NCBI GenBank assembly: GCA_041288095.1
Contig: JBGGMJ010000089.1
Location: 1-64,000 of the forward strand
Length of the DNA stretch: 64,000 nt
DNA from: Myxococcota bacterium
GTDB taxonomy: Bacteria; Myxococcota; XYA12-FULL-58-9; JALHOP01
Direction: 5' to 3'
A program made the position numbers and the translations under genes. The notes below the pieces were generated by a model. The model worked only from the letters and a program-made list of their open reading frames with translations. It was not told the origin of the DNA and searched no databases. Shown piece after piece: positions 9,041 to 18,507 of this stretch; positions within the stretch are counted from its first letter, which is position 1; every line of letters starts with the position of its first letter.

Positions 9041-10039
9041 TCAGGTCCCCACGGCGTCGATACGTCCGCGGCGCGCGCGCTCCTCGAGCACGCGCTGGAA
9101 GGCGACGTCCTGCTGGATGCACAACACGCCGTAGGCGAGCTTCCATTGTCCTAGCGCCAGGTTGAACTCGTGCAAGCAGTCGCGCTTCTCGAGCTTCGTG
9201 ATCGTCTCGCCGAACTCGACGATCAACGCGCCTTGGATGGGCTGCAGCGACGCCGACACGGTCGGAGCCTCGCCGAAGACGCCGAAGAGCTTCTTTTTCA
9301 GGCCCTTGCGTGCTGGAGCGGACACCGCCGGCGCGGTCACGTCGACGTGGAACGGCACGACGACGTGTTTGTCATCGAGACCGACGGTGGCGCCGGGAAT
9401 GTAGCGCTCCCACTGCTTGCCTTCGATGGCGCGTAGCGCGGCTTGACGGAGCAGCTCGGAGCCCGAGGTGTCGGTATGCGCGTTCGCGAAGAAGGTCATC
9501 TTGGCCGAGTACTTCTCCTCCAGGCGGGCGAGGAACTGCTTCATCTGATCGGCGAGCTGACCCGGCGCCGTGGGCGCGCGGAAGCAAGCGACGAGCTTGC
9601 CGAGCTGCTCCTTGAGCGACATGAAGGTGTCGACGTCCATCGACGCGCGCAGCGAAGCTCGTACGAGCGCGAAGAGACGCTCCGGAGTCGCCTCCGACTT
9701 CGCGAGATAGTGATCGATGTCGTACTCGTTGAGGACGCGCTCCTCGGGGGCGACACCAGGCTGCCCGGTACGCAGGATGATGCGCAGCGAGCGGGGGTGG
9801 TTCTCGCGGATGTACTCGCAGAGCTGCAAACCGGCGTCGTTGGTCTCCATGACGACGTCCACCATCGCGACCTGGAACGTGGTGCCCGGGCGGCTGAGGA
9901 TCTCCCGCGCCTGAGCGGCGCTCTCGGCCTTGACCAGGTTGAAGCGCTTGTTGCGCCAGCTCTTGAGCTTCAGCGCCAGGCTGGTGATCGCATGAACGTC
10001 CGGCTCATCATCGACGATCAACACTTGCCACTGGGCCAC
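9041..10039 (-). CDS. Response regulator receiver with DUF3369-type C-terminal region
   Basis: VLIVDDEPDVH...VDVVMETNDAGL...IILRTGQPG..PE...YDIDHYLAK. GGAGG precedes GTG 10039. Confidence 0.8.
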   Translation of the reverse strand: MAQWQVLIVDDEPDVHAITSLALKLKSWRNKRFNLVKAESAAQAREILSRPGTTFQVAMVDVVMETNDAGLQLCEYIRENHPRSLRIILRTGQPGVAPEERVLNEYDIDHYLAKSEATPERLFALVRASLRASMDVDTFMSLKEQLGKLVACFRAPTAPGQLADQMKQFLARLEEKYSAKMTFFANAHTDTSGSELLRQAALRAIEGKQWERYIPGATVGLDDKHVVVPFHVDVTAPAVSAPARKGLKKKLFGVFGEAPTVSASLQPIQGALIVEFGETITKLEKRDCLHEFNLALGQWKLAYGVLCIQQDVAFQRVLEERARRGRIDAVGT

Positions 10040-10283
10040 GCATGCCTCCGGGTTGAAGAGGCACAACACCATCCAAATCGCACCCCACGCAAGAGGCACG
10101 TTTGCGCGGGTTTACCCACACACCCACCTCACGTTTTTCTCGACTTACCTGACTGGCGGACCGGGCCGAACCCCGCATGATCGTCGGCCCGTTCATGGAC
10201 TCCCCAAAGGGCATCGCGACCCGCTATACTACTGGGGCGGGAGCCGGGTTGGCTCTCGTCGCCTCGGAAGGCTCGGAACCTAA

Positions 10284-10700
10284 GTGCCAAAGCCGCTGTC
10301 AGACGCAGTAGTATTCGCGATCGACGACGAAGAGCAGAACCTCGCGCTGCTCAAGCGCGTGCTCGCCACGGTGTGCCGCCTCGAAACCTTCACGAGCGCC
10401 GACGCCGCGCTCGCCGCGGCCAAGGCCAATCCGCCGGATTTGTTCTTAATCGACTTTCGCATGCCCGGGCGCAGCGGCACCGATCTCCTGGCGGATATTC
10501 GCGGCGCCGGCATCACCAGCCCGGTGGTGTTCCTCACTGCCTATCCCGAGGAGACCGGGCTGCAAAACCTCGCAGGCTCGAACGACGTCCTCTGGATCGC
10601 CGGCAAGCCCTTCGATCCGACACACTTGAGCTCGCAGGTCAGCATGGCGCTGGCGCTGGCGCGCGTCCGCTCACGCAGCAAGAGCGCCGTGACCGCTTGA
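10284..10700 (+). CDS. Single-domain response regulator
   Basis: IDDEE, IDFRMPGRSG, FLTA, KPF. Confidence 0.85.
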   Translation: MPKPLSDAVVFAIDDEEQNLALLKRVLATVCRLETFTSADAALAAAKANPPDLFLIDFRMPGRSGTDLLADIRGAGITSPVVFLTAYPEETGLQNLAGSNDVLWIAGKPFDPTHLSSQVSMALALARVRSRSKSAVTA

Positions 10701-10704
10701 GCGG

Positions 10705-11559
10705 ATGAGCTGGCACGCGTGGGTCGATGGTGGCCGGCGCGTCGCGCTGGGCGCCGAGCAGGTCTGGTATCGCGTCGATGGCGCGGGGCCGACGCTGCTC
10801 TTCGCGCACGGCTATCCGACCAGTAGCCACGACTTCGCGCCCGTCATCGCGGTGCTCGCCAAAACGTATCGGTGCGTGAGCTTCGACTTCCTGGGCTTCG
10901 GGGCCTCGTCGAAACCGAAGCGCGACTACGACTATGCCCTGCAACACCAGGTACTCGCCCGAGTGACCGCCGCGGCGGACGTGAGCCGCGCCGTGCTCGT
11001 GGCTCATGATTACGCGGTAACGCTCGGGCAGGATTTTCTCGCGCGGACGCCGAGCGCCCCGTTCGTGCTCGACGGCGTCATCTTCTTGAATGGCGGGCTC
11101 GATCCCGCACAGCACCGGGCACGCGTCATTCAGCGCTTTTTGGCGACCCGCTTCGGCCGGGTCGTTGGCCCGCGCATCTTGGGTCGAAAGGCGGTGCTCC
11201 GTTCACTCGGCGCCATCTTCGTGCGCAAGGACCGGCTGCCCGCGGACGACGCGTGGGAAGCCATGAGCAGCGGCGGCGGCATCGCGGTGCTGCCGCGTCT
11301 CCTGCACTACATGGCCGAGCGGCGATGTCGCCGCGATGCTCTCATCGCTTCACTCGGCGCTTCGACGCCACGCGCCTTCGTCTGGGGCATGGACGATCCC
11401 GTCTCGGGTGCTCACGTGCTCGAGGCGATCCGTCCCCACGCTGGTGGCGCCATCTTCCGCGAGCTTCACGGTGTCGGACACTACCCGCAGCTCGAAGCGT
11501 CCCACGAGGTCGCGGCCTTCATCGACGCAACCGCCGCCGCTTGGAACAAACGCGCCTAG
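10705..11559 (+). CDS. Alpha/beta hydrolase (MEST/epoxide hydrolase-like)
   Basis: HGYPTSS, DFLGFGASSKP, AHDYA nucleophile elbow, WGMDDPV, GHYPQLE. Confidence 0.85.
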   Translation: MSWHAWVDGGRRVALGAEQVWYRVDGAGPTLLFAHGYPTSSHDFAPVIAVLAKTYRCVSFDFLGFGASSKPKRDYDYALQHQVLARVTAAADVSRAVLVAHDYAVTLGQDFLARTPSAPFVLDGVIFLNGGLDPAQHRARVIQRFLATRFGRVVGPRILGRKAVLRSLGAIFVRKDRLPADDAWEAMSSGGGIAVLPRLLHYMAERRCRRDALIASLGASTPRAFVWGMDDPVSGAHVLEAIRPHAGGAIFRELHGVGHYPQLEASHEVAAFIDATAAAWNKRA

Positions 11560-13235
11560 AAGCAGGTGCAAGCGGGACTGCCGGGCTGGCACGCGCCGGT
11601 GAAGGGACAGGAGCCGGTGAAGCTCGGCGAGAAGCCCTGGGCGGCGTTGCAGTTGTTCGATGTGAAGCTGTACGGCGGACACGGGTTGTCGGGGACCTGA
11701 AACCCGCCGTTGCAAGTCGCCGTGCAGCTTCCCGGCGCCCGCACCACGCACTGCCCGACGCGGCAAACCTTGCCGGCCTCACAGGTCACGTCGTTCGCGC
11801 GGTTGCCGGCGCAAGTGACCCCGACCTTGCAGAAGTCGCAATCCGCGTCCGCGCAGATCTTGCCCGTGCACCCAGCATCTCGGCACTCGCAGAACCCGGT
11901 GATGCACTCGCTCGGTTGGCTACACGGCTGCCCTCGCGCAACGAGGCAAGCAGCTCCGGACGCGCAGACATTCGGCGTCGTACAGCCGAGAGCATCGAGC
12001 GAGCCGGAGGTCACCGGCCCTTGGCAGACGCCCGACGCGTTGACGTAGTTGCAAACACCGCAGCTCGTGTCCGGGGCGCAACGCCGTGGCGCCGTGCAGG
12101 TTGCATCGGCGCACGAGCAACGCAGCGAGTTGCACTCTCCGTTGACGTTGCAAAGGGTCCCGGGGGAACCCGCGCCCGGCGGTACGTTGACGGTCACGAT
12201 GCGAGTCGCGGTGGTGATCTGATTGCCGGCCGCGTCCTCGAAGATGGCGCGGACGCTCTTGTCGCCGTTGCCGGCGGTGAACAGCACCGTCACCGTCGAG
12301 GGCACCGGCGCTTGCGCGCCGAGGGGGCTTTGGATGTCGCCCTCGAGGCGCACGCTGACCGCGTCGTTGGTGGTGAGGGTCGCGGGAGCACTCGGCTCGG
12401 TCGTGGATGTCGGCAGAGTGAGGGTTCCCTCGGGCGGGCTCGCATCGACGGGTAGCGGCGGGCTGAGCGCGGCCTGCGGATTCGTCACGTTGCCCGCGAT
12501 ATCGGACAAGCCGAAGCCGACACTCACGAGCGCCCCGTCGGGCACACCCGCAGGAATGGTCACCTCGCCGAGCAGCTGCAAACCGTCGCTTACCGCTGAC
12601 AGCAAAAACGCCGAGGTCACGTCGCCTATGGCGGTCGTGTCGGCGTAGAGCCACGCTTCCTCGAGGGCGGCGCCGGCATCGAGGTTCACCAGCAACGAGA
12701 CGACGTCGGAAGGCTTCACCGCGCGCTTGAACCCGGGCAACGTCCACACGGCAAGGCCGAGGCGAGGGGCGATGAAATCGAGCGACGCGCTCGCGGCGAC
12801 CGTTTGTATGGCGTTCCCGAAGACGTCGACGAGCGTGACGTTGATGGCCTGTTGGCCCGGGGCTTCGTTACCGCGCACCTGGTAGCGCAGCTCGAAAGCC
12901 TTCATTGCGTCGTCGGCGCTCGTCACCGTGAAGTGCCCGAAGGCGCCAACCATGGCCTCGGGAGCGACACCGAGCGACTCGTCCGTCGTGAGTGTCAGCA
13001 CCAGCTCACCGCCCACCGATGCCACCGACGGCGTCAGCGTCACAGCGCTCAAGGTCGGCGGCTGGCCATCGTCGCCGGCTGTCTCGACGCACAGGCCGAG
13101 GTTCTGCTTGCACACCGTGCTTGCCGGACAATCCGCCGTTGTCGCGCAGGTCACGCGCGTGTTGGCTGGGACCTCGAGATCTACCTGACAGGCGGCGAGC
13201 AGCAACAAGAAGGAGCCGGATAGAGCGCGGCGCAT
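11556..13235 (-). CDS. Cys-rich lipoprotein with Ig-like beta domains
   Basis: MRRALSGSFLLLLAAC lipobox, DVFGN/DIAGN/DAAGN Ig-like motifs, Cys-rich C-terminus. Confidence 0.7.
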   Translation of the reverse strand: MRRALSGSFLLLLAACQVDLEVPANTRVTCATTADCPASTVCKQNLGLCVETAGDDGQPPTLSAVTLTPSVASVGGELVLTLTTDESLGVAPEAMVGAFGHFTVTSADDAMKAFELRYQVRGNEAPGQQAINVTLVDVFGNAIQTVAASASLDFIAPRLGLAVWTLPGFKRAVKPSDVVSLLVNLDAGAALEEAWLYADTTAIGDVTSAFLLSAVSDGLQLLGEVTIPAGVPDGALVSVGFGLSDIAGNVTNPQAALSPPLPVDASPPEGTLTLPTSTTEPSAPATLTTNDAVSVRLEGDIQSPLGAQAPVPSTVTVLFTAGNGDKSVRAIFEDAAGNQITTATRIVTVNVPPGAGSPGTLCNVNGECNSLRCSCADATCTAPRRCAPDTSCGVCNYVNASGVCQGPVTSGSLDALGCTTPNVCASGAACLVARGQPCSQPSECITGFCECRDAGCTGKICADADCDFCKVGVTCAGNRANDVTCEAGKVCRVGQCVVRAPGSCTATCNGGFQVPDNPCPPYSFTSNNCNAAQGFSPSFTGSCPFTGACQPGSPACTCF

Positions 13236-13281
13236 GAAGCGGATATTTGGTGATGCGGTGGTCGCTTGCAAGCGTGAACGC

Positions 13282-13947
13282 TCAGGGCGCGGCACCGCCG
13301 ACGACGCGCACGATGGCCGCGAAATGCATGGTGCAGGCGATGACGACGAAGACGTGAAAGACCTCGTGATAGCCGAAGACCGCCGGGTTGGGATTGGGCC
13401 GCCGCAAGGCATAGATGACGGCGCCGCTGATGTAGAAGACACCACCCAGGGCAAAGAGCGAGAAGCTCGCGCCATCGAGAGCAGCGAAGATCGGGCGTAT
13501 GTATGCTAAAGCAGACACGCCGAGCCCGACGTAGACCGCGGCCGAAAGCACCCGTGGTCGATTCGGCCACAAGAGGACCATGACGATACCCAAAGCGGCG
13601 CCGGCCCAGACGAAGCCGAGCAAGACGTGGCCTTGCTGGGGCTGAAGGACGAGCAGACAGAACGGCGTATAGGTGCCGGCGATGAGCAGGAAGATCGACG
13701 CGTGGTCGAGCCGCTTGAGCCAAGCGCGTATATCCTCCCGCCACATCGGTCGGTGGTAGAGCGCGCTCACCCCGAGCAGCCAGATGAGTGAGACCGCGAA
13801 CACCGTCACCGAGAAGCGCGCGACGCCGGCGGGTGTGGCCGCGATCAGGAGCGCTCCCGCGAAGGTGGCCGCGACGAAGGCCATCTGATGCGAGACACCA
13901 CGGAGCCGTGGCTTCACCTTCACGACCGCGGGGAGGTCCATGCTCAT
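13282..13947 (-). CDS. Hemolysin III / PAQR family membrane protein
   Basis: KPRLRG..H, SALYH, RLDHASIFLLIAGTYTPF, GYHEVFHVFV. Confidence 0.92.
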   Translation of the reverse strand: MSMDLPAVVKVKPRLRGVSHQMAFVAATFAGALLIAATPAGVARFSVTVFAVSLIWLLGVSALYHRPMWREDIRAWLKRLDHASIFLLIAGTYTPFCLLVLQPQQGHVLLGFVWAGAALGIVMVLLWPNRPRVLSAAVYVGLGVSALAYIRPIFAALDGASFSLFALGGVFYISGAVIYALRRPNPNPAVFGYHEVFHVFVVIACTMHFAAIVRVVGGAAP

Positions 13948-13993
13948 GAGTGTGCGTCATGAGCGCCGGCGGCACCGTCACAGTTTTGCAATT

Positions 13994-14380
13994 TCACTCG
14001 CGACGGCGGGTATTTCCGCGGCGCGCGTCGATGGCGGCGGGCGGCGCGAGCCCCGCCACGGCATGCGGCCAACCTCGGCGCTCGGGGATCGTGGGGTCGA
14101 CGCCAAGCTCGCCGGCACAGCGAATCAACGCGTCGCGGACCGTCGCATAGACGCCTTCCGGCAGCACCTCACCGTCACCCGCGGCGACGACGGTGCGTGC
14201 GAACAAACCCGGATCACCCTCATAGTCGCGGCGCTCCCAGGGGCCGAGGGCGTCATTGAAGCGCGTGTCGCGAAGGGCGGCGTACCTGCCGAGTGCCTCC
14301 GCGAGCCAAGGCGCGTCGAGGATGCTGGCGCTGTAAAAGCGGTTGGCGGCGTCACCGGCGATGCAACGAGAATCGATCAC
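13994..14380 (-). CDS. Hypothetical protein (possibly the 3' part of a frameshifted gene starting near 14528)
   Basis: Protein-like composition. In-frame TGA just upstream while another frame is open from 14528. Confidence 0.35.
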   Translation of the reverse strand: MIDSRCIAGDAANRFYSASILDAPWLAEALGRYAALRDTRFNDALGPWERRDYEGDPGLFARTVVAAGDGEVLPEGVYATVRDALIRCAGELGVDPTIPERRGWPHAVAGLAPPAAIDARRGNTRRRE

Positions 14381-14607
14381 GAGGCATCATCGGCGCGGGC
14401 TCGGCGGCGTTGTCTGTCGCCTCGTCAGGCCGTCGCGCCGGAGCGGGGGCTCGTATCGCCGAGAGTGCCTCAATGACAGGGTCCGACCCCGCGCCTCGAA
14501 TGTGCCGCCGCCGATAACGCGAGGCCATAGCTCCACAGCGGCCACGATTCCGGGGTGCCCCGCTGCGGAGATTACCAGGAGCGCTCGGCGCTCTTGCAGG
14601 ATCCGCC

Positions 14608-15909
14608 ATGTCCAGCATCGAAACGCCACCTGTCCGCCAGAGCGTGCAACCGGCGGCGAGCCCCGCTCCCGCCGCCGCCCCACGCGCAGCGCGAGCCCCC
14701 GCCGCCGCCACCCCCACGGATGGCCCGCCCGCTCCTCGCGCCGCCGCTGCGACCCGCCTGATTCAGGGCCGGCCGAACCCCGCGATGCAGCTCGCGCCGC
14801 CGCGCGACGATGGCCCGCGTGGTTGTGCCCGCACGCCCTCGCCCGCCGACGGCCCGCGACGCCTCGTCGTCTCGCATCCATTCGACGCCAACGGCGACCG
14901 CTCCGGCGCTTTCGAAGTCCTGAACGTCGCGCCCAACGGGCAGCTCTCGCGCTCAGGCCGCTCGTTCACGCTCGAGACGGCGGCGAACTCGGGGACGATC
15001 GACTTCACTCCAGACGGCCAGGTGGGGCTCGTCGCGCTCGATAACGGCCGCATCGGTGTCTTTCGCCTCGACGCCGAGGGCAAACCGACCGTCGTGCACG
15101 AAGGCTTCGCGGGTACCTTCCACGCGGGCAAGGTCGTGGTCGAGCCACGCGGCGACCGCGCCTTGGTCCTCGATCGCAACTGGAGCCACAACGGCGGTGG
15201 CGTCTATCAGGTCACCATCGGGTGCGACGGGACGCTCACCGACCACGGGCGCGTCCTGGCCGCCCGGTCTCCAGGCGCCATTGCCTTCGCCGGCGACCGC
15301 GCCGTGGTCGCCGCCGCGAATGTCGGTGAGCTGGACCGCGAGGCGGATCCCGGAACGGAAAGCGTTCACGTGCTCGAATGGGGCCAGACTCCGCGGCGCG
15401 TCGGTGGTGCCGACGCCTTCGGCCACAACCAGGTGGTCGTCGGTGGCGCCGCCCTCACCAGCGACGGCAAGACCTTCCTCGTCGGCGACACCAACGGCTT
15501 CAGCGGTAACCTCAACGCCGTCGCCGCCGTGACCCTCGATGAGAACGGCGCTCGCCCGGCCGGCGGCGTCCAGGTCGATGACCCCGCGGCCATCGCCACC
15601 TCCCCCTTCGGGCAAGTGGCCATCGTCTCGAGCCCGCTGACCGACTCACTCATCGTCCTCGACACCAACGCCCAAGACGGCAAGTGGCGGGTCCGCGGCC
15701 CCGTTCCGCACCGTGGCGCGGCGCCCCAGCTACCAGGCGATCTCGCGACCATCGACCGCGGCAACCTGCGCGGCAACGTCTACGTCTCCGAGAACGTGTC
15801 GGTGCGGCGCTTGGCCTTCCGACCGGACGGCTCCGTCGTCGACCTCGGGTCGCTGCAGTTCGGTCAGGACCTAAAGGACATCAGTGGCGCCATCGGCGTG
15901 ACCAAGTAG
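14608..15909 (+). CDS. Beta-propeller protein with Pro/Ala-rich N-terminus and no signal peptide
   Basis: AGGAG upstream. Repeated FTPDG/LTSDGK/FRPDG blade motifs. Confidence 0.75.
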   Translation: MSSIETPPVRQSVQPAASPAPAAAPRAARAPAAATPTDGPPAPRAAAATRLIQGRPNPAMQLAPPRDDGPRGCARTPSPADGPRRLVVSHPFDANGDRSGAFEVLNVAPNGQLSRSGRSFTLETAANSGTIDFTPDGQVGLVALDNGRIGVFRLDAEGKPTVVHEGFAGTFHAGKVVVEPRGDRALVLDRNWSHNGGGVYQVTIGCDGTLTDHGRVLAARSPGAIAFAGDRAVVAAANVGELDREADPGTESVHVLEWGQTPRRVGGADAFGHNQVVVGGAALTSDGKTFLVGDTNGFSGNLNAVAAVTLDENGARPAGGVQVDDPAAIATSPFGQVAIVSSPLTDSLIVLDTNAQDGKWRVRGPVPHRGAAPQLPGDLATIDRGNLRGNVYVSENVSVRRLAFRPDGSVVDLGSLQFGQDLKDISGAIGVTK

Positions 15910-15922
15910 CGGACGCCGCAAC

Positions 15923-16828
15923 ATGACATTGTTGTCCGCCAAAGCGGTCGCACCGCTATTGCGCGCCACGGCTCGGTCCCGCTCCAGCGAGACCGAGCGC
16001 CCTTCCGACGTTTACGAGCCGCAGTACCGTGTCGAGCTCGACACGGATCGCGACGGCACCGTGAACGCCGATGAGCTGCAGCGGTTCGCGCAAGCTCGTT
16101 CACGCGTGTCGTGGATTCCACTCTCGTCGATGCTCTCGACGGAGAAGCAGCTCGCGCTCCGCTCGACGCAGTTCGCGACGACGCAACAAGCGCTCGCAAG
16201 GTCGCTGGTGAAAGCCCGCGGCAGCGCCAATCAGGACGACGTCGAGGCGGTGGTCTCGCATCTCGTGCGCCTGCCGGCGAGCGTCCTCGTCGGCATTCAG
16301 CGCGCGGGCTTGTCGGTGGTCGTCTGCCGGGGCGGTGTCACGGACTACGTGAAGACGCTCGAGCGGGAGCCGGTCCGCGGGCACAAGGCCGGCGACTCCT
16401 GGGACAAGACACCCGGCACCGTGTGGAACCGCGAGGTCGTCATCGCCACGATGGAAAGCCTGCGCGTCCCCGGACAACGCATGGTGCCACCGCGCGGCCG
16501 TGGTCACGACACCTACGACCTCATCTTGCACGAGCTCGGCCACGGCATCGCCCGCAACCTCGGGCAATTCGAGGGCACGAAGACGACCGCTGACAGGAGC
16601 GACGCGCACGCCGGCGCCACCTTCTTGGCGGCGCGGAACGAGGATTGGGATCGCTTGCGTCCGTACTATCGCCAAGACGGCAGGGGCAGCGGCGCCGGCG
16701 CCGACGAGACCTTCGCCGAATCGTTCGCCCGCTTCTACGGCGGCGACCCCTCACTCGAGCACGACTGGCCGGCGCTTTACCGCTTCTGGAACGACAACCG
16801 TCGCGCCATACCCGTCAGCGCTCGCTGA
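15923..16828 (+). CDS. EF-hand + anthrax-lethal-factor/Pro-Pro endopeptidase-like zinc metalloprotease
   Basis: EF loop DTDRDGTVNADE, 'LVRLPASVL', 'WDKTPG', LILHELGH, downstream ETFAESFARFY..L...P..Y.F. Confidence 0.75.
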   Translation: MTLLSAKAVAPLLRATARSRSSETERPSDVYEPQYRVELDTDRDGTVNADELQRFAQARSRVSWIPLSSMLSTEKQLALRSTQFATTQQALARSLVKARGSANQDDVEAVVSHLVRLPASVLVGIQRAGLSVVVCRGGVTDYVKTLEREPVRGHKAGDSWDKTPGTVWNREVVIATMESLRVPGQRMVPPRGRGHDTYDLILHELGHGIARNLGQFEGTKTTADRSDAHAGATFLAARNEDWDRLRPYYRQDGRGSGAGADETFAESFARFYGGDPSLEHDWPALYRFWNDNRRAIPVSAR

Positions 16829-18503
16829 CGTAGGCCCCGGGCGCATCCGCGATCGGCGGATGCTTCTTGCTACCGAGCTTCGCCGGCGCCTTCTCGCGCT
16901 CGCCGGCGCGCGACTCGATCCAACGTGCCCACGCGTTCCACCAGGTATCGGCGTGGCGGGTCGCCGCTTCACGCCAAGCGTCCGGGCTCTCGTCGAGCTC
17001 CTCGCGGATCCAATACGCCGCGTTCTTGCTCGGCGGATTGACGACGCCGGCGATGTGGCCCGAGCTGCTGAGCACGAACTGCGTCTCGCCGCCCAGACGG
17101 TGCGCCGTCTTGTAGACCGATTTCCACGGCGTGATGTGATCCTCGACGGCGCCGACGACGAACGCGTCCGGTCGAGCGGCCTCGAGACGGAGGGTCTTGC
17201 CGCGCACGCTCATGGCATCGCGCGTCAGCTCGTTGTCGAGGTAACAACCACGCAGGTACTCCGTGAGCAGCTTCGCCGGGATGCGCGTGCCGTCATCGTT
17301 CCACGCGAGCAAGTCGAAGGCCGGCGGCTCGTCGCCCATCAACCAAGCCGCGCTCACGTAGTTGAAGTGCAAGTCGTTGGGCCGGAGCAGATTGAAAGTC
17401 CGCGCCATCTCCGACGATTCATGCAGACCGCGACGGTTCACACGGCGCAGCAGTCGCTCGACCGTCGGCCGGTCCGTGAAAGCGCCCAACGGCCCCGGCT
17501 CGCTGAAGTCCACCAAGGTGTTCATCAGGGTGAGCGAGTTGAGTGAGTCATCGCCGGTCGCCGCGAGATAGGCCGCGAGCATCGAGGCCAAGGTGCCGCC
17601 GACGCACAACGCCGCGACGTTCACCTTCGGTGCCCCGGTGATCTCCTTGACGACACGCATCGCCTCGAGCGGACCTTCGGCCAGGTAATCGGCGAAGCCC
17701 GCGTCGCGCAGGCCCAAGTCGGGATTCTTGTAGCTGATGCAAAACACGGTGTGGCCGTGCTTCACCGCCCACTCGACCAGGCTCCGGCCGGGAGCGAGGT
17801 CCATGATGTAGTACTTGTTGATGAACGGCGGGCTGAACAGTAGCGGGACCGCGAAAGTGGACTCGGTCTGCGGTGTGTACTGAATGAGCTCCATGATGCG
17901 GTTCTTGTAGACGACCTTGCCGGGTGTCGAGGCGAGCTGCTTGCCGACCTCGAACTTCGAGTCGTCGACCAAGCGAGGCCAACCTTGGCGCTTGCGCACA
18001 TCCTCAATCAACTTGCGCAGACCCTTGAGAGTGCTCGCGCCGCTGGTCTCGAACGCGCGCCGCAGCGCGACCGGGTTCGTGAGGATGAAGTTCGTGGGAG
18101 CCGCGGCATCCACCAAGAGTTGGCCGGCGAGCCGCGCTTTGCGCTCGGCGGCGCCACCGAGCTTCGCGGCGTCGAGGAGGTCGTGCGCCAAACGCTCACG
18201 CAGCAGATGTTGCTGCATCAACCAGAAAAAGAGCGCGCTCTCGTTCCAAGCGCTGTCGTTGAAACGGCGGTCCTTGGTCGGCGCCGGCATCGGCCCTTGG
18301 GATTGCGCGCCCGCGGCTCGTAGCGCGGTCGCTCCCGCGGCGGCGAGCGAGTCCTTCGTCCAGCGCATCAGCGCCCGGCCCGTCGAGACTGGATGTCGCG
18401 CAAGACCAGCAGCTCCGCTCGCCAACGCCTTGCCGAACCCCGCTGGGTCCGTACGATCCAGCACTTCATCCGCGACGCGTCGCAACCCTTCGCGCATTGC
18501 CAT
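16815..18503 (-). CDS. phaC: Polyhydroxyalkanoate synthase
   Basis: DRRF, APTNF, TPGKVVY, PPFINKYYIMDL, lipase box ALCVGG, EDHITPW, SGHIAGVVNPP, APGAYV. Confidence 0.93.
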   Translation of the reverse strand: MAMREGLRRVADEVLDRTDPAGFGKALASGAAGLARHPVSTGRALMRWTKDSLAAAGATALRAAGAQSQGPMPAPTKDRRFNDSAWNESALFFWLMQQHLLRERLAHDLLDAAKLGGAAERKARLAGQLLVDAAAPTNFILTNPVALRRAFETSGASTLKGLRKLIEDVRKRQGWPRLVDDSKFEVGKQLASTPGKVVYKNRIMELIQYTPQTESTFAVPLLFSPPFINKYYIMDLAPGRSLVEWAVKHGHTVFCISYKNPDLGLRDAGFADYLAEGPLEAMRVVKEITGAPKVNVAALCVGGTLASMLAAYLAATGDDSLNSLTLMNTLVDFSEPGPLGAFTDRPTVERLLRRVNRRGLHESSEMARTFNLLRPNDLHFNYVSAAWLMGDEPPAFDLLAWNDDGTRIPAKLLTEYLRGCYLDNELTRDAMSVRGKTLRLEAARPDAFVVGAVEDHITPWKSVYKTAHRLGGETQFVLSSSGHIAGVVNPPSKNAAYWIREELDESPDAWREAATRHADTWWNAWARWIESRAGEREKAPAKLGSKKHPPIADAPGAYVSER

Positions 18504-18507
18504 CTCC

